A stretch of 64,000 nt of DNA. Origin: an uncultured Pseudomonadota bacterium (GTDB taxonomy: Bacteria > Myxococcota_A > Polyangia > Fen-1088). Position 1 is the stretch's first letter. The number at the start of each line of letters is the position of its first letter. Shown here one piece after another: positions 1 through 12,507 of the stretch. Made by a program: the position numbers and the translations under genes. The notes beneath the pieces were generated by a model. It had not been told where the DNA came from. It made no database searches and saw only the letters and a program-made list of their open reading frames with translations. The DNA lies in assembly GCA_963847705.1 (NCBI GenBank), contig CAWKBC010000032.1, positions 1 to 64,000 of the forward strand. The letters are read 5' to 3'.

Positions 1-281
1 GACGTCCTCCGGCTCGGCGGACTCCTCGAGATGGATGACGATCGCTCGGTGGTGTGCCCCGGGGCCGGCTCCATCACGGAAGGCGCCAGCTCGGGGCCCT
101 CCGGCCCGTCTTGCAGGTCGCCGGAGATGGCGCTGGCGGCCATCAGCGACAGCCCCCCGAGGCCCAGCGCGACGCTCCAGTAGAGAAAGGCCGCCACGAA
201 CAAGAGCGGCATCCAGGCGACCCACCGGGTGGAGCGCGGGATGACGGTGGACGAGGCCAAATGCTCCCTCTGGTCGTACAT
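1..281 (-). CDS. Hypothetical membrane protein, partial (runs off the window start)
   Basis: My translation from ATG at 281 is MYDQREHLASSTVIPRSTRWVAWMPLLFVAAFLYWSVALGLGGLSLMAASAISG, containing one hydrophobic helix. It lies directly downstream of clpX and is not in the ORF track. Confidence 0.5.
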   Translation of the reverse strand, partial: MYDQREHLASSTVIPRSTRWVAWMPLLFVAAFLYWSVALGLGGLSLMAASAISGDLQDGPEGPELAPSVMEPAPGHTTERSSSISRSPPSRRT

Positions 282-307
282 GCGAATCCCTCCGTGATGC
301 GTGAAGG

Positions 308-1585
<1,278 letters not shown>

Positions 1586-1695
1586 CTAGAAAAATGTAGC
1601 ACAGGTCCGGGTACGCAAGCGGCCGCTTGTGCCTGAGGGCGGCTTCTTGGCGTTCTTGACCCTTCCGGATACCGTATGGAAACAAAAGACCTCCC

Positions 1696-1884
1696 ATGAC
1701 CTCCGATCTCGACGGCGACGATCCAGAGTATGATCTTGATGTCGAAGAGAAGGATCGAGCAGAGGCATCGCTACGGAGATTGGCGCGGGACCTCTTGAGG
1801 CAAGGAAAACAGAAGGAACGGCGGAAGGTGCTTTCCCGAGCCGTCGAGATATCGAGACGTAAGTCGAGGCGGGCTCATCAATGA
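1696..1884 (+). CDS. Small hypothetical protein (62 aa, acidic N-half, basic C-half)
   Basis: ORF overlaps the next ORF by ATGA (1881-1884); A/T-richer than the flanks. Confidence 0.55.
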   Translation: MTSDLDGDDPEYDLDVEEKDRAEASLRRLARDLLRQGKQKERRKVLSRAVEISRRKSRRAHQ

Positions 1885-2684
1885 AAAGACCCGACTTCAA
1901 GATAAGCGCATCACCTTCGACGAAGGAGCAATACAGGGACCTTCTCTGCCGGGACTACTCAGAGACAGCCCTCGAAGAGACTCTTGCGCTTTTCAGGCGA
2001 GTGCTCGAGACCAGCGGCTACCGGATTATCTTCGCCTGGGAGGAGCGTACTTCTAGCCGAAAGCGACCCTACGAGATTCCCGTCGCCGCAAACGACTACC
2101 TGAAGGAGTTCCTCGAGCGGGCAAATGCCAACTTGCCCGCCGAAATGCCAGATGAGCTCCACGACAAAACAGGCCTCGAACGTCGGGCTCAAGAGGCCGC
2201 CGTCTTCCTCACCTTCCAATCGCGCGTGACATTTCAGGGCGATGCTGGGTTCGTGCGCGATGTTCAAAGCCTACTCTTCCAGCAGTGCGTTCACGCCCTC
2301 TCGCCGCGACTGATGTCTCGTCATCTCAGCGAGGCGAACGCATTCTTGCTGCACGCTCTCTACGCCCACGCGCAGCTTGCCTGGACGGACGTTCCCGGGC
2401 ACCAACACTACCTCCTGAGCGTGCTTTTCGAACATCTGGAGGACAGGACAGCGGCTCTACAGTTCCTGCGCGCGTCGCTGGAGAATTCATCTCCCGAGGA
2501 GCATGACTTCTTGACCAAAGCACAAAGCTACTGGTCTCAGCTCATCGAGGCTGGCAAGCGGAGCGATGCGAAGGCATTCATCCTGGATTTGTATCGCCGA
2601 GCGGCGCCCAAAGACCTTGCTGAGGTTCAGGAGCTTGTCGACGATACCTATGCCCTTGAGGGCAACCTCAAGCGCGCATCCTGA
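1881..2684 (+). CDS. Hypothetical 267-aa helical protein with a TPR-like C-terminal half
   Basis: Long ORF with natural protein composition; helix-pair pattern HYLLSVLFEHLEDRTAALQFLRASLE; atypical codon usage. Confidence 0.75.
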   Translation: MKRPDFKISASPSTKEQYRDLLCRDYSETALEETLALFRRVLETSGYRIIFAWEERTSSRKRPYEIPVAANDYLKEFLERANANLPAEMPDELHDKTGLERRAQEAAVFLTFQSRVTFQGDAGFVRDVQSLLFQQCVHALSPRLMSRHLSEANAFLLHALYAHAQLAWTDVPGHQHYLLSVLFEHLEDRTAALQFLRASLENSSPEEHDFLTKAQSYWSQLIEAGKRSDAKAFILDLYRRAAPKDLAEVQELVDDTYALEGNLKRAS

Positions 2685-2689
2685 GCTCT

Positions 2690-2838
2690 TCAGACGTCGT
2701 GGTCGACGAGGCGCCGGTCGCTGCGCGCTTCGAGGCCGCGCAGGGCCTCCAGCTTCTCCTTGATGGCCCGAGCGTTCTCGGCCGCGCTCTGCCCGTGCGC
2801 CTCGGGCTTCAGCCTCCAGAGGACCAGGTGCTTGACCA

Positions 2839-2839
<1 letters not shown>
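2690..2839 (-). pseudogene. Internally deleted Dabb (stress-responsive A/B barrel) family gene, 49 aa
   Basis: GTG start overlaps the clp[39 protein letters not shown] resembles the Dabb N-terminus and [12 protein letters not shown] the C-terminus; the central half is missing. Confidence 0.65.
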
Positions 2840-3474
<635 letters not shown>

Positions 3475-3489
3475 GGATTGTCCCTTTCC

Positions 3490-4876
3490 TTAGGGCTTTT
3501 TCGCGGAGGGAGTCTTTTTGGCTTTTCCGCTGGAGGCAGCGGCGGCGGTTTCCAGGCGGGCCTGCTCCGGTGTGACGATCAGGGAAGGCGCCGCTTCGCC
3601 GTCGGTGATCTTAGCCTGCGAGATCAGCAGTTCAAGCGTCTTCTGTTCGCGGATCTGCGTCTGCAGCTGGTGGATGCGATGATCCTTCTCCAGCTCGGCG
3701 CGCAGCTGCTTGGGGTTCTCGTTGCGCGCTTGCGCCAGCTCGGCGATCCGCTTTTGCACGTCGGCGTCGCTGGCGGTGATCCCCTCGCGCTCGCCGATCG
3801 CCTGCAGCAGGATCGCGCCCCGCGCCTCTTCTTCGGCCTCGGTCTTCACCTCGGCGCGCATCTTGGCGTCGTCGACCGACTCCACGTCGACGCCCATCAT
3901 CATGAGCTGGCTCTTGGCCCGGTTGACGATCGCCTGCGCGTAGCGATCGACCAGCGCGGGGGCGATGGGAAACTCGTTGCGCGCGACCAGCTCCTTGACC
4001 AGGGCCCGCTCCAGCTCCCGCTTGATGCGCGTGCCGTCGGTCTCGGCCAGCTTCTCGCGCACCTTGGCGCGCAGCCCGTCGAGCGTCTCCGCCTCGCCGG
4101 TGTCCTTGGCCAGCTCGTCGTCGAGCGCGGGGACCTGCTTTTCGCGCACCTCTTTGATGCTGACGTGCAGGTGCACGTGGCGCCCGGACATCTCGGCCGG
4201 GACCCCCTCGGCGGGGAGCGTGTAGTCGACCTCGATTGGCGCGTCGCCGCCAATCGGCTTGCCGCGCAGGCGGCTGGCCAGCCCGGGCAGCGGGCCGCCC
4301 ACGTCGTCCTCGAGGTCGACCATCAGCTCGCGCTTCTTGATCTTGTGCTCGCCGACCTTGCCGGAGACCTCGGCCCGCACCAGATCGGCCTCGCCGGTCT
4401 CCTTGCGGGCGTCGACCGGCTTGAACTGCGTCATCCGGCGGCGGTACCCCTCCAGCGCCTCGGCGACCTGCTCGTCGGTCACCTGGGGCGGCCGGCGGTT
4501 GAGCGGGATGCCGGAGTAGTCCTTGGGCGTCACCTGCGAGCGAACCTCGACCCGCGCGGAAAACTTGAAGGGGGCGCCGCTCTTGATCTCGATCTCGGCC
4601 ACGGCGGGCGGCGCCACCGGCTGGATTCTGATTCTCCTGGATGGCCTGGCCCAGCGAGCGCTCGACCAGCTCGCGCGCCACCTCGTCCTCGACCTGGCGG
4701 CGGTACATCCGCTCGAGAATCGCCCGCGGGACCTTGCCGGGGCGGAACCCGGGCAGCTTCACCTCACGGCGCAGGGAGTCGTAAGCCTTGTCCAGCTTTG
4801 GCGCGACGTCGGCCCAGGGGAGCTCGAACTCGACCTTTTTCTCTACCGGCGACAGGTCTTCAATCGTGATCTGCAT
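3490..4876 (-). CDS. tig: Trigger factor, split by a 1-bp insertion at about 4626
   Basis: The N-terminus with GFRPGKVP is in ORF 3632..4876; the PPIase and C-terminal domains (PALDDELAK) are in ORF 3490..4617. Removing one base restores ENQIQPVAPP. Canonical tig-clpP-clpX order. Confidence 0.92.
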
Positions 4877-4990
4877 GGAAAGGGGCCTTGTCTACCCTCG
4901 CCTTCCCCCTGGCGCAAGCGTTGCGCAGGCGTTGCGCGATTTCGCCTTGCACGCCCGCGGGGGTTTCGGTCAGCATAGGTCCCTTCAATC

Positions 4991-6640
4991 ATGGGTCTCG
5001 CCGGATTCACGCTCGCTGATCGATTGGGGGCCAAGTCGTCCCCGTGTTCCGTTCCTGGGTGCACGCGCACCTGGATCTCGATCGCCGGGGGCAAGGGCGC
5101 CAAGCTCGGCGGGCGTGGTGCGGCCAATCCGGCCGATCCCGCCTCGTCGATGTGCGATCCCTGCCGCGAGAAGTTCTCGCGGGTGACCGACGCGCAGCGC
5201 CCCTGTGACCGCCCGGGCTGCGACGGAACCTGGACCTGGAGCGCCAAGGACCAGCTGGAGGCGTTCGCCACCAACCGGCAGGCGCCGCGCGGAATGTGCG
5301 CCGGGTGCGAGGGAAAGCTGGCCGCGCTGGCGGACCAGCAGCTCCCCTGCGCCGTCCCCGGCTGCACGCGCACCGCCGTCTTCACCAAGCGGGCGCAGCT
5401 CCTGGCCGGTGCGCCCGAGGTCGAGCTTGCGACGCCGGCGCTCCGCTGCGTTCAGTGCGAGAGCGTCTACCGCAAGCTGAAGGACCGCGCCGTCAACTGC
5501 GGCATCAACGGGTGCAAGCAGAAGTGGAGCTGGAGCGCCGACGAGCAGATCCAGGCCTATGCCAGCGGCCTGTCGAACGATCCGCCCCGGCGGATGTGCG
5601 AGGCCTGCAAGGCCGACTTCGGGGCGATCGCCGACCGCGAGGTCCGCTGCCGCACCTCGGGCTGCAAGAAGACCTGGGTCTGGAATCGGAGCGATCAGCT
5701 CGACGCCTGCGTGGCCCGCAAGCCGACCCCCAAGGCGCCGCACCGGATGTGCGAGAGCTGCATCGGGATCTACCAGGGGCTGAGAGACGTCGAGCGCCCC
5801 TGCCGCCGCAGCGGCTGCAAGCGGACCTGGACCGACAAGCGCGGCGGCCAGCTGGCCCGGGCGGTGCGCGGCAAGACCGGCGATCCCTATCCGCAGTACT
5901 GCGAGATCTGCGCCAAGGAGATGGGCGATCTCGAGGATCGTCAGGTCGCCTGCAAGACCGAGAACTGCGAGGGGACCTGGACCTGGACCAAGCAGGCCCA
6001 GCTCGCCGCCGGCGTGCGGCCGGAGCCCAAGGTCGAGGAGAAGCTCGAAGAAAACGGCGCCGACAAGGTCGAGCACAAGGTGCAAGACACGACGGAGGCG
6101 AAGGGCGTCGAAGCCGAGGTCTCGCCCGCCGGGGAGGCGGCGGATGCCGCTTCGGCGGCGGTTCCCGGCACCTCGGCCATCGACGCGGAAGCTCCGGCCA
6201 TCGTCGCCGCCACCGCAGGCGGTGACAGGACGCGGGGCGACAGGTCGGGCGGCAAGCGGGGGCGCAACAACAAGAAGAAGCGGCGCCGGGAGATCCGTCC
6301 GCCCGAGCGCGTCTGCCAGTCCTGCAGCGACTTTCTCAAGGACAAAAAGACGATGGAGATCCCGTGCAAGACCTGCCGGACGCCCATCTACTGGCCGCCC
6401 GAGAGCCAGCTGCAGACCCACCTCGGTGCCTGGGCCGCCCCGGCGATGTGCGGCGCCTGCAAGCGCGACGCGATCGAGGCGGCGCGCGCCATCGAGCGCG
6501 AGGCGTTGCGCGCGGCCGTCACGGCCGCCCAACCGGGTGGCGCCCCGCACGCCGAGGGGGCGCCCGAAGCAGTCTCGGAGGCAGTCGCGCCCACCCCGGC
6601 TCCCGAGCCGGCGCCAGAACCGTCGCCCGACGCGAACTGA
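4991..6640 (+). CDS. Cys-rich protein with eight tandem zinc-ribbon (zf-trcl-like) repeats
   Basis: Repeated D-x3-C-x4-C-x3-W-x-W-x4-Q...P-x2/3-C-x2-C motif; GC3-rich codons. Confidence 0.8.
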   Translation: MGLAGFTLADRLGAKSSPCSVPGCTRTWISIAGGKGAKLGGRGAANPADPASSMCDPCREKFSRVTDAQRPCDRPGCDGTWTWSAKDQLEAFATNRQAPRGMCAGCEGKLAALADQQLPCAVPGCTRTAVFTKRAQLLAGAPEVELATPALRCVQCESVYRKLKDRAVNCGINGCKQKWSWSADEQIQAYASGLSNDPPRRMCEACKADFGAIADREVRCRTSGCKKTWVWNRSDQLDACVARKPTPKAPHRMCESCIGIYQGLRDVERPCRRSGCKRTWTDKRGGQLARAVRGKTGDPYPQYCEICAKEMGDLEDRQVACKTENCEGTWTWTKQAQLAAGVRPEPKVEEKLEENGADKVEHKVQDTTEAKGVEAEVSPAGEAADAASAAVPGTSAIDAEAPAIVAATAGGDRTRGDRSGGKRGRNNKKKRRREIRPPERVCQSCSDFLKDKKTMEIPCKTCRTPIYWPPESQLQTHLGAWAAPAMCGACKRDAIEAARAIEREALRAAVTAAQPGGAPHAEGAPEAVSEAVAPTPAPEPAPEPSPDAN

Positions 6641-6696
6641 CCCCGCACGAGGGGCGTCTCGCTCCCGGGCCGATGCTCCGCCTCGACGGAGCGCGG

Positions 6697-7086
6697 TCAG
6701 CCGGCGGCGAGCGCGCGCGCCAGGGGGTAGTCGGCGGGGAGCAGGTCCAGCTCCGGCAGGCGCGTCGCCTCGACCCAGGCGATCTCGGCGACCTCGCGCG
6801 CGTGCGGCGTGCCGCGGGCGATCGTCGCCGCGTAGACCAGCATGTAGAGATCGAACTCGGGGTAGGCGTGAAAGACCACCTCGTGAATGCGGCCGACCTC
6901 GACGTCGCAGGCCAGCTCCTCGCGCACCTCGCGGGCGAGCGCGTCGGTCGGCGACTCGCCCGGCTCCACCTTGCCGCCGGGGAACTCCCAGAGGCCCGGC
7001 ATCGGCTGGTCGGCCCGCCGCCGCGACATGAGGACGCGCGTTCCGTCGCGCACCAGCGCGGCGACCACCAGCTTGCGCGGGCGCAT
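6697..7086 (-). CDS. MutT/NudG-like NUDIX (d)NTP pyrophosphohydrolase
   Basis: WEFPGGKVEPGESPTDALAREVREE Nudix box; LLPAD near the C-terminus. Confidence 0.93.
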   Translation of the reverse strand: MRPRKLVVAALVRDGTRVLMSRRRADQPMPGLWEFPGGKVEPGESPTDALAREVREELACDVEVGRIHEVVFHAYPEFDLYMLVYAATIARGTPHAREVAEIAWVEATRLPELDLLPADYPLARALAAG

Positions 7087-7092
7087 CGCCCT

Positions 7093-8800
7093 TCAGCTCA
7101 CCCGCGGCGCCGGGCGGCCCGGGCCGGCGGGGGCCGGCGTGCTCGCTCCGCGGGCGGTCCGATCGATGAGCGACATCATGTCCTCCAGCCGAAACGGCTT
7201 CTGGATGACCACCGCCACCGAATCCTCCAGGAACTTGCGCGCGTCGCTGGAGAAGGCGCCCCCGGTGACGAACACGAAGCGATCGGCGAGCGCCGGGAAC
7301 CGCTCGCGGACGGCCGCGAAGAGCTCCATCCCCGAGACCTCCGGCATCTGCAGATCGCACAGCACGACGTCGAAGGCCACGTCGCGCCCGAGGATGCGCA
7401 GCGCCTCCGTCCCCCCCAGCGCCGTGGTCAGCTCGTGCGCCTCGCCGAGCATGCGCCGGTAGGCCTTGAGCAGCAGCGCCTCATCGTCGACCGCCAGCAC
7501 CCGGCGGCGCGGGTAGCCGCGGGTCGGCACCGGCACCGGGGTGGCGGTGCGCTCCGGCGCGCTGCTCTCGTCGGCGGGGAGCCGCACGCGGAAGGTCGCC
7601 CCCTGGCCCGCCCGGCTGTCCACGACGATCTCCCCGCCCAGCGTCCGCACGATCCCCAGCGAGATCGGCAGCCCGAGTCCGGTCCCCATCCCGCGCGGCT
7701 TGGTGGTGAAGAACGACTCGAAGATGCGCGGCAGGACCTCGGCCGCGATTCCCGGCCCGTTGTCGGAGATCTCGACGACCACCTCCCGGCCCTCGTCGAA
7801 GCTGCGCACGGTCACCAGGTTGCGCCGGGAGCCCGCCTCGTCGAGCGCCTGCGCGGCGTTCAGGATCAGGTTCAAGAACACCTGCCCGAGCCGGGGCGCG
7901 CTGGCCCGCACCAGGCGCTTGGCGCGCAGGTCGCGTTCCACCCGCGCCCGGTACTTGAGCTCGTTGCGCAGCATCCCCAGCGCCGAATCGATCGCCGAGT
8001 TGACGTTCATCGGCACGATCGTCTCTTCGTCGCTGTGAGAGAACGACCCGAGATCGCGCACGATGCGGTGGATGCGGGCCATCCCCTCCTTCGACTCCTG
8101 GAGGATGACGTTCGCTTCGAACAGCAGGTCCGAGATCCCGCGCCGCGCCGCCTCGACGTCGGGATCGCGCAGCCGCTCCTCGACCAGGCGCAGGTGGCCG
8201 GTCAGCGCCTCGATGTTGGCCAGCACGAAGGCGGCCGGGTTGTTGATCTCGTGCGCCACGCCGGCGGCCAGCAGGCCGATCGAGGCCAGCTTCTCCGCCT
8301 GCAAGCGGCCGATCTCGCGCTCGCGCTCGTCGGTCGCGTCGCGCACGTAGAGGACCGCGCCGCGCCCCGGCAACGGATAGGCGCGCACGGCGAACGCCCG
8401 CCCGCCCTCGGAGAGGCCGCGGTCGGCGCTGGCGCCGGTGGAGATCGCCTCGCGCGCCGCCGCCTGCAGCTCGGCTTGCAAACCACCGCCGTAGAGCCGC
8501 GCGCCGATGGCGTTGGCGATCTCCAGCGTGCCGTCGGGGGCGACCAGGCAGACGCCGTCCTCGAACACGTCGAACGTCTCCCGCAGGACGTCGCGGCCGG
8601 CCCCCGGAGCGCCCGCGAGGGATGAGGACGCTGACGGCGATTCCAGCGCCGCCAACCGCTCGGGTCGGAGGACCACGAAGTCGTAGCCGTGCTCCCCGAG
8701 CTTCGTCAGCGCCTCGGCGGCCGACCCCACCGTGTCAGTTCGATGACGCCCCCGTCCAGAGCCCAGGACCTCGGCTGCCGCCAGCGCGGAGCCCGGTGGG

Positions 8801-8826
<26 letters not shown>
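7093..8826 (-). CDS. Hybrid sensor histidine kinase (degenerate REC, PAS-like, HisKA, HATPase, REC)
   Basis: AGVAHEINNP H-box, NLILNAAQA, DNGPG, FFTTK, GTGLGL; C-terminal receiver VDDE...DLQMP...KP. Start inferred at MARILLVDD. Confidence 0.9.
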
Positions 8827-10285
<1,459 letters not shown>

Positions 10286-10295
10286 CTGCTCCTCC

Positions 10296-11285
10296 TCAGG
10301 TCGAGCTGGCGGCGGCCGCCGGCGCCTCGTTCCGCCCCTTGTCGAGGATCTCGCCCAGCGCCTCCCGCAAGAGAGGATGGCGAAACCCATACCCGGTCTC
10401 CATCGTTCGCACCGGCATCGCCCGCTGGCTCGCCAGCAGGAGCTCGTCGGTCATCGCGCCGAACGCCAGCCTCAGCGCGAACGCCGGCGCCGTGAACACC
10501 GTGGGGCGGCCCAGCGTCTCGCCGAGCGTCCGCACGAACTCGCCGTTCGTCACCGGCTCAGGCGCCACCAGATTGAGCGGCCCCTGCACCGCCTCGTTGG
10601 CCATCGCATGGCGAATGAGGCCGATCTCGTCGTCGAGGTGGATCCAGGGCATCCACTGGGCGCCGCTGCCGATCTTGCCGCCCAGGCCCAGTCGAAACGG
10701 CGGCAGGATCTTGCGCAGGATGCCGGCGCCCCGCGCCAGCACCAGACCGCTGCGCAGGAGCACCACGCGCATCCCGAGCTCTGCCGCCTTCATCGCCTCC
10801 GCCTCCCAGTCGCGCCCCAGCTCGGCGATGAACCCGGTCCCGAGGGACGAGGTCTCGGTCAGGATCTCGTCGCCGCGATCGCCGTAGTAGCCGACGGCGG
10901 ACGCCGAGATCAGCAGGCGGGGCGGCTTCGGCAACCCCCGCAGGACGTCGACGAGCGCCCGCGTCCCGACCACGCGGCTGTCGCGCAAGCGCTTCCTGCG
11001 CGCCTCGCTCCAGCGCCCGCTGGAGACCGACTCGCCGATCAGGTTGACCACCACGTCGACCCCTTCGAACGCCGCCTCGGGCGGGGGGGCGCCGGTGGCG
11101 TCCCAGGCATGAAGCTTCGCCGTCGGGAGCCGCTCCGCCCCGAGCTTGGTGTCGCGCACCAGCGCCGCGACCCTGATCCCGTCCCGCGCGCACGAGGCAG
11201 CGAGCGCCGTCCCGATGAGCCCGGTCGCCCCCGTGATTGCAACGGCGCCCGCAACCGCGCCTGCGCCTCCGCCGGTGCCCATCAC
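10296..11285 (-). CDS. TIGR01777/YfcH-family NAD-dependent epimerase-like protein
   Basis: ITGATGLIG, SASAVGYYG, GSGAQWMPWIHLDD, DUF1731-like C-terminus. Confidence 0.92.
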   Translation of the reverse strand: MMGTGGGAGAVAGAVAITGATGLIGTALAASCARDGIRVAALVRDTKLGAERLPTAKLHAWDATGAPPPEAAFEGVDVVVNLIGESVSSGRWSEARRKRLRDSRVVGTRALVDVLRGLPKPPRLLISASAVGYYGDRGDEILTETSSLGTGFIAELGRDWEAEAMKAAELGMRVVLLRSGLVLARGAGILRKILPPFRLGLGGKIGSGAQWMPWIHLDDEIGLIRHAMANEAVQGPLNLVAPEPVTNGEFVRTLGETLGRPTVFTAPAFALRLAFGAMTDELLLASQRAMPVRTMETGYGFRHPLLREALGEILDKGRNEAPAAAASST

Positions 11286-11668
11286 GAGACGATCACGTCC
11301 AGCTTGGACGCCAGGATGAAGTCATTTTCGGACAGACCGCGCGCCGCGTGGGTCCAGAGCGTCACGTCGACGCGGCCGTAGTGGACGCAAAAATCGGGGT
11401 GGTGCCCCTCCTGCTCGGCCAGCGCTGCCATCTTGTCGACGAAGGCCATCGCCCCCAGGAAGTCGGCGAAATCGAAGCGCTTGCTGATCTGCGCCGGCTG
11501 CCCCGGCTCGTTCCGCAGCGTCCAGCCAGAGACGTCGCCGAGCAGCAGCTTGGAGGTGGCCTCGTCGAGCGCGGGGACACCGCCCTCGCAGGGGACGCAG
11601 TGCCTGTCTTTCAGCTGCTTTTTCCGGTCTTCGGCCGGCTGGTCCTCTCGTTTATTTGGCAGCTGCAT
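11282..11668 (-). CDS. phhB: Pterin-4-alpha-carbinolamine dehydratase
   Basis: CVPCEGG, AEQEGHHPD, TH...GLSENDFILASK; GGAG before ATG 11668. Confidence 0.9.
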   Translation of the reverse strand: MQLPNKREDQPAEDRKKQLKDRHCVPCEGGVPALDEATSKLLLGDVSGWTLRNEPGQPAQISKRFDFADFLGAMAFVDKMAALAEQEGHHPDFCVHYGRVDVTLWTHAARGLSENDFILASKLDVIVS

Positions 11669-11734
11669 GTCATCTCCACCCGACGGCTCTTGAACGCATC
11701 CTCCGATTTTGGCACGGTTGTCGCGCAAACGTCG

Positions 11735-12118
11735 ATGTCGTCCACACTGACACGGGGAATTCTGGTCACGGTTCGGAGCGAGTACATCCCTGAACGTTCG
11801 TCGACCCATGCCCGGCAGTACGCCTTCGCGTACAAGGTCAACATCGCCAACCAGGGGACCGTGACGGCCGAGCTCAAGAGCCGGCACTGGATCATCACCG
11901 ACGCCTTCGGCGCCGTGCAGGAGGTGCGCGGCGAGGGGGTGGTCGGCGCGCAGCCGGTCCTGCGCCCGGGCGAGTCGTTCGAGTACACCAGCTGGTGTGT
12001 GATCGCCACGCCGACCGGAACGATGCAGGGGACCTATCAGATGGTCACCCGCGACGGAGAGCGCTTCGACGCCGAGATCGCCCCCTTCGCCCTCACGCAG
12101 CCGCAGCTGCTGAATTGA
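11735..12118 (+). CDS. apaG: ApaG protein
   Basis: YAFAY, SRHWIITD, VRGEGVVGAQP, FEYTS, GTMQGTY. Confidence 0.95.
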   Translation: MSSTLTRGILVTVRSEYIPERSSTHARQYAFAYKVNIANQGTVTAELKSRHWIITDAFGAVQEVRGEGVVGAQPVLRPGESFEYTSWCVIATPTGTMQGTYQMVTRDGERFDAEIAPFALTQPQLLN

Positions 12119-12197
12119 CCTATTTGGCGCGCGGGGGCAAGGGCGCGTGGCGCGCCGCCCGATCGAGTGGCATCTTAGAAGACGGAGGGCCCTGCGG

Positions 12198-12392
12198 ATG
12201 GAGAGCCTGATCGAGCGCGACAAGGTGGTGGCCAAGAAAAAAGGGACGTTCGCCGCGGCAGCGTGGGGCGGAACCGTCCTGCTGGGCGTCGCCGGCGCCA
12301 GCACGTTCTTCATCCTCCCGGCGGCGGCCGGCGCGGGATACCTCACCTGGAAGTGGTTCCACTACCGCGCCAAGCGCGGCATGCGCTTCTGA
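12198..12392 (+). CDS. Small membrane protein (64 aa)
   Basis: GGAGG RBS; hydrophobic hairpin followed by the basic tail WKWFHYRAKRGMRF; GC3-rich codons. Confidence 0.7.
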   Translation: MESLIERDKVVAKKKGTFAAAAWGGTVLLGVAGASTFFILPAAAGAGYLTWKWFHYRAKRGMRF

Positions 12393-12507
12393 GCGGCGCT
12401 CGGCGCGGCCCCGCGCGGTCTGCGCGCTGCCTCTAGTGCGCGGCGACCGGGTAGGACGGGCCACCGCGGGCGCGTCGAAAGCGCCCGCGACGGCGGCAGC
12501 GAGCGCC

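Noticed and set aside
1-300. lon protease expected downstream of clpX
   Set aside because: The minus-strand translation gives a membrane-type N-terminus with no Lon similarity.
1656-1680. Sigma70 promoter TTGACC...TATGGA upstream of the inserted cassette
   Set aside because: The spacer is only 13 bp and the -10 match is weak.
1586-2838. IS element or prophage remnant as the explanation for the clpP-clpX insertion
   Set aside because: I found no transposase or integrase motifs, terminal inverted repeats or target-site duplication by eye.
3490-4876. tig as a pseudogene or programmed frameshift
   Set aside because: There is no slippery heptamer, both halves are well conserved, and the same indel context recurs in purD and mlaD, so an error is more likely.
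4877-4990. tRNA gene often found upstream of tig
   Set aside because: No T-loop GTTCRA motif or cloverleaf is visible in the intergenic region.
11237-12346. Extended ORFs 11237..12118 (+) and 11282..12346 (-) as large overlapping genes
   Set aside because: Only their 3' parts are real (apaG and phhB). These are divergent genes with starts at 11735 and 11668.
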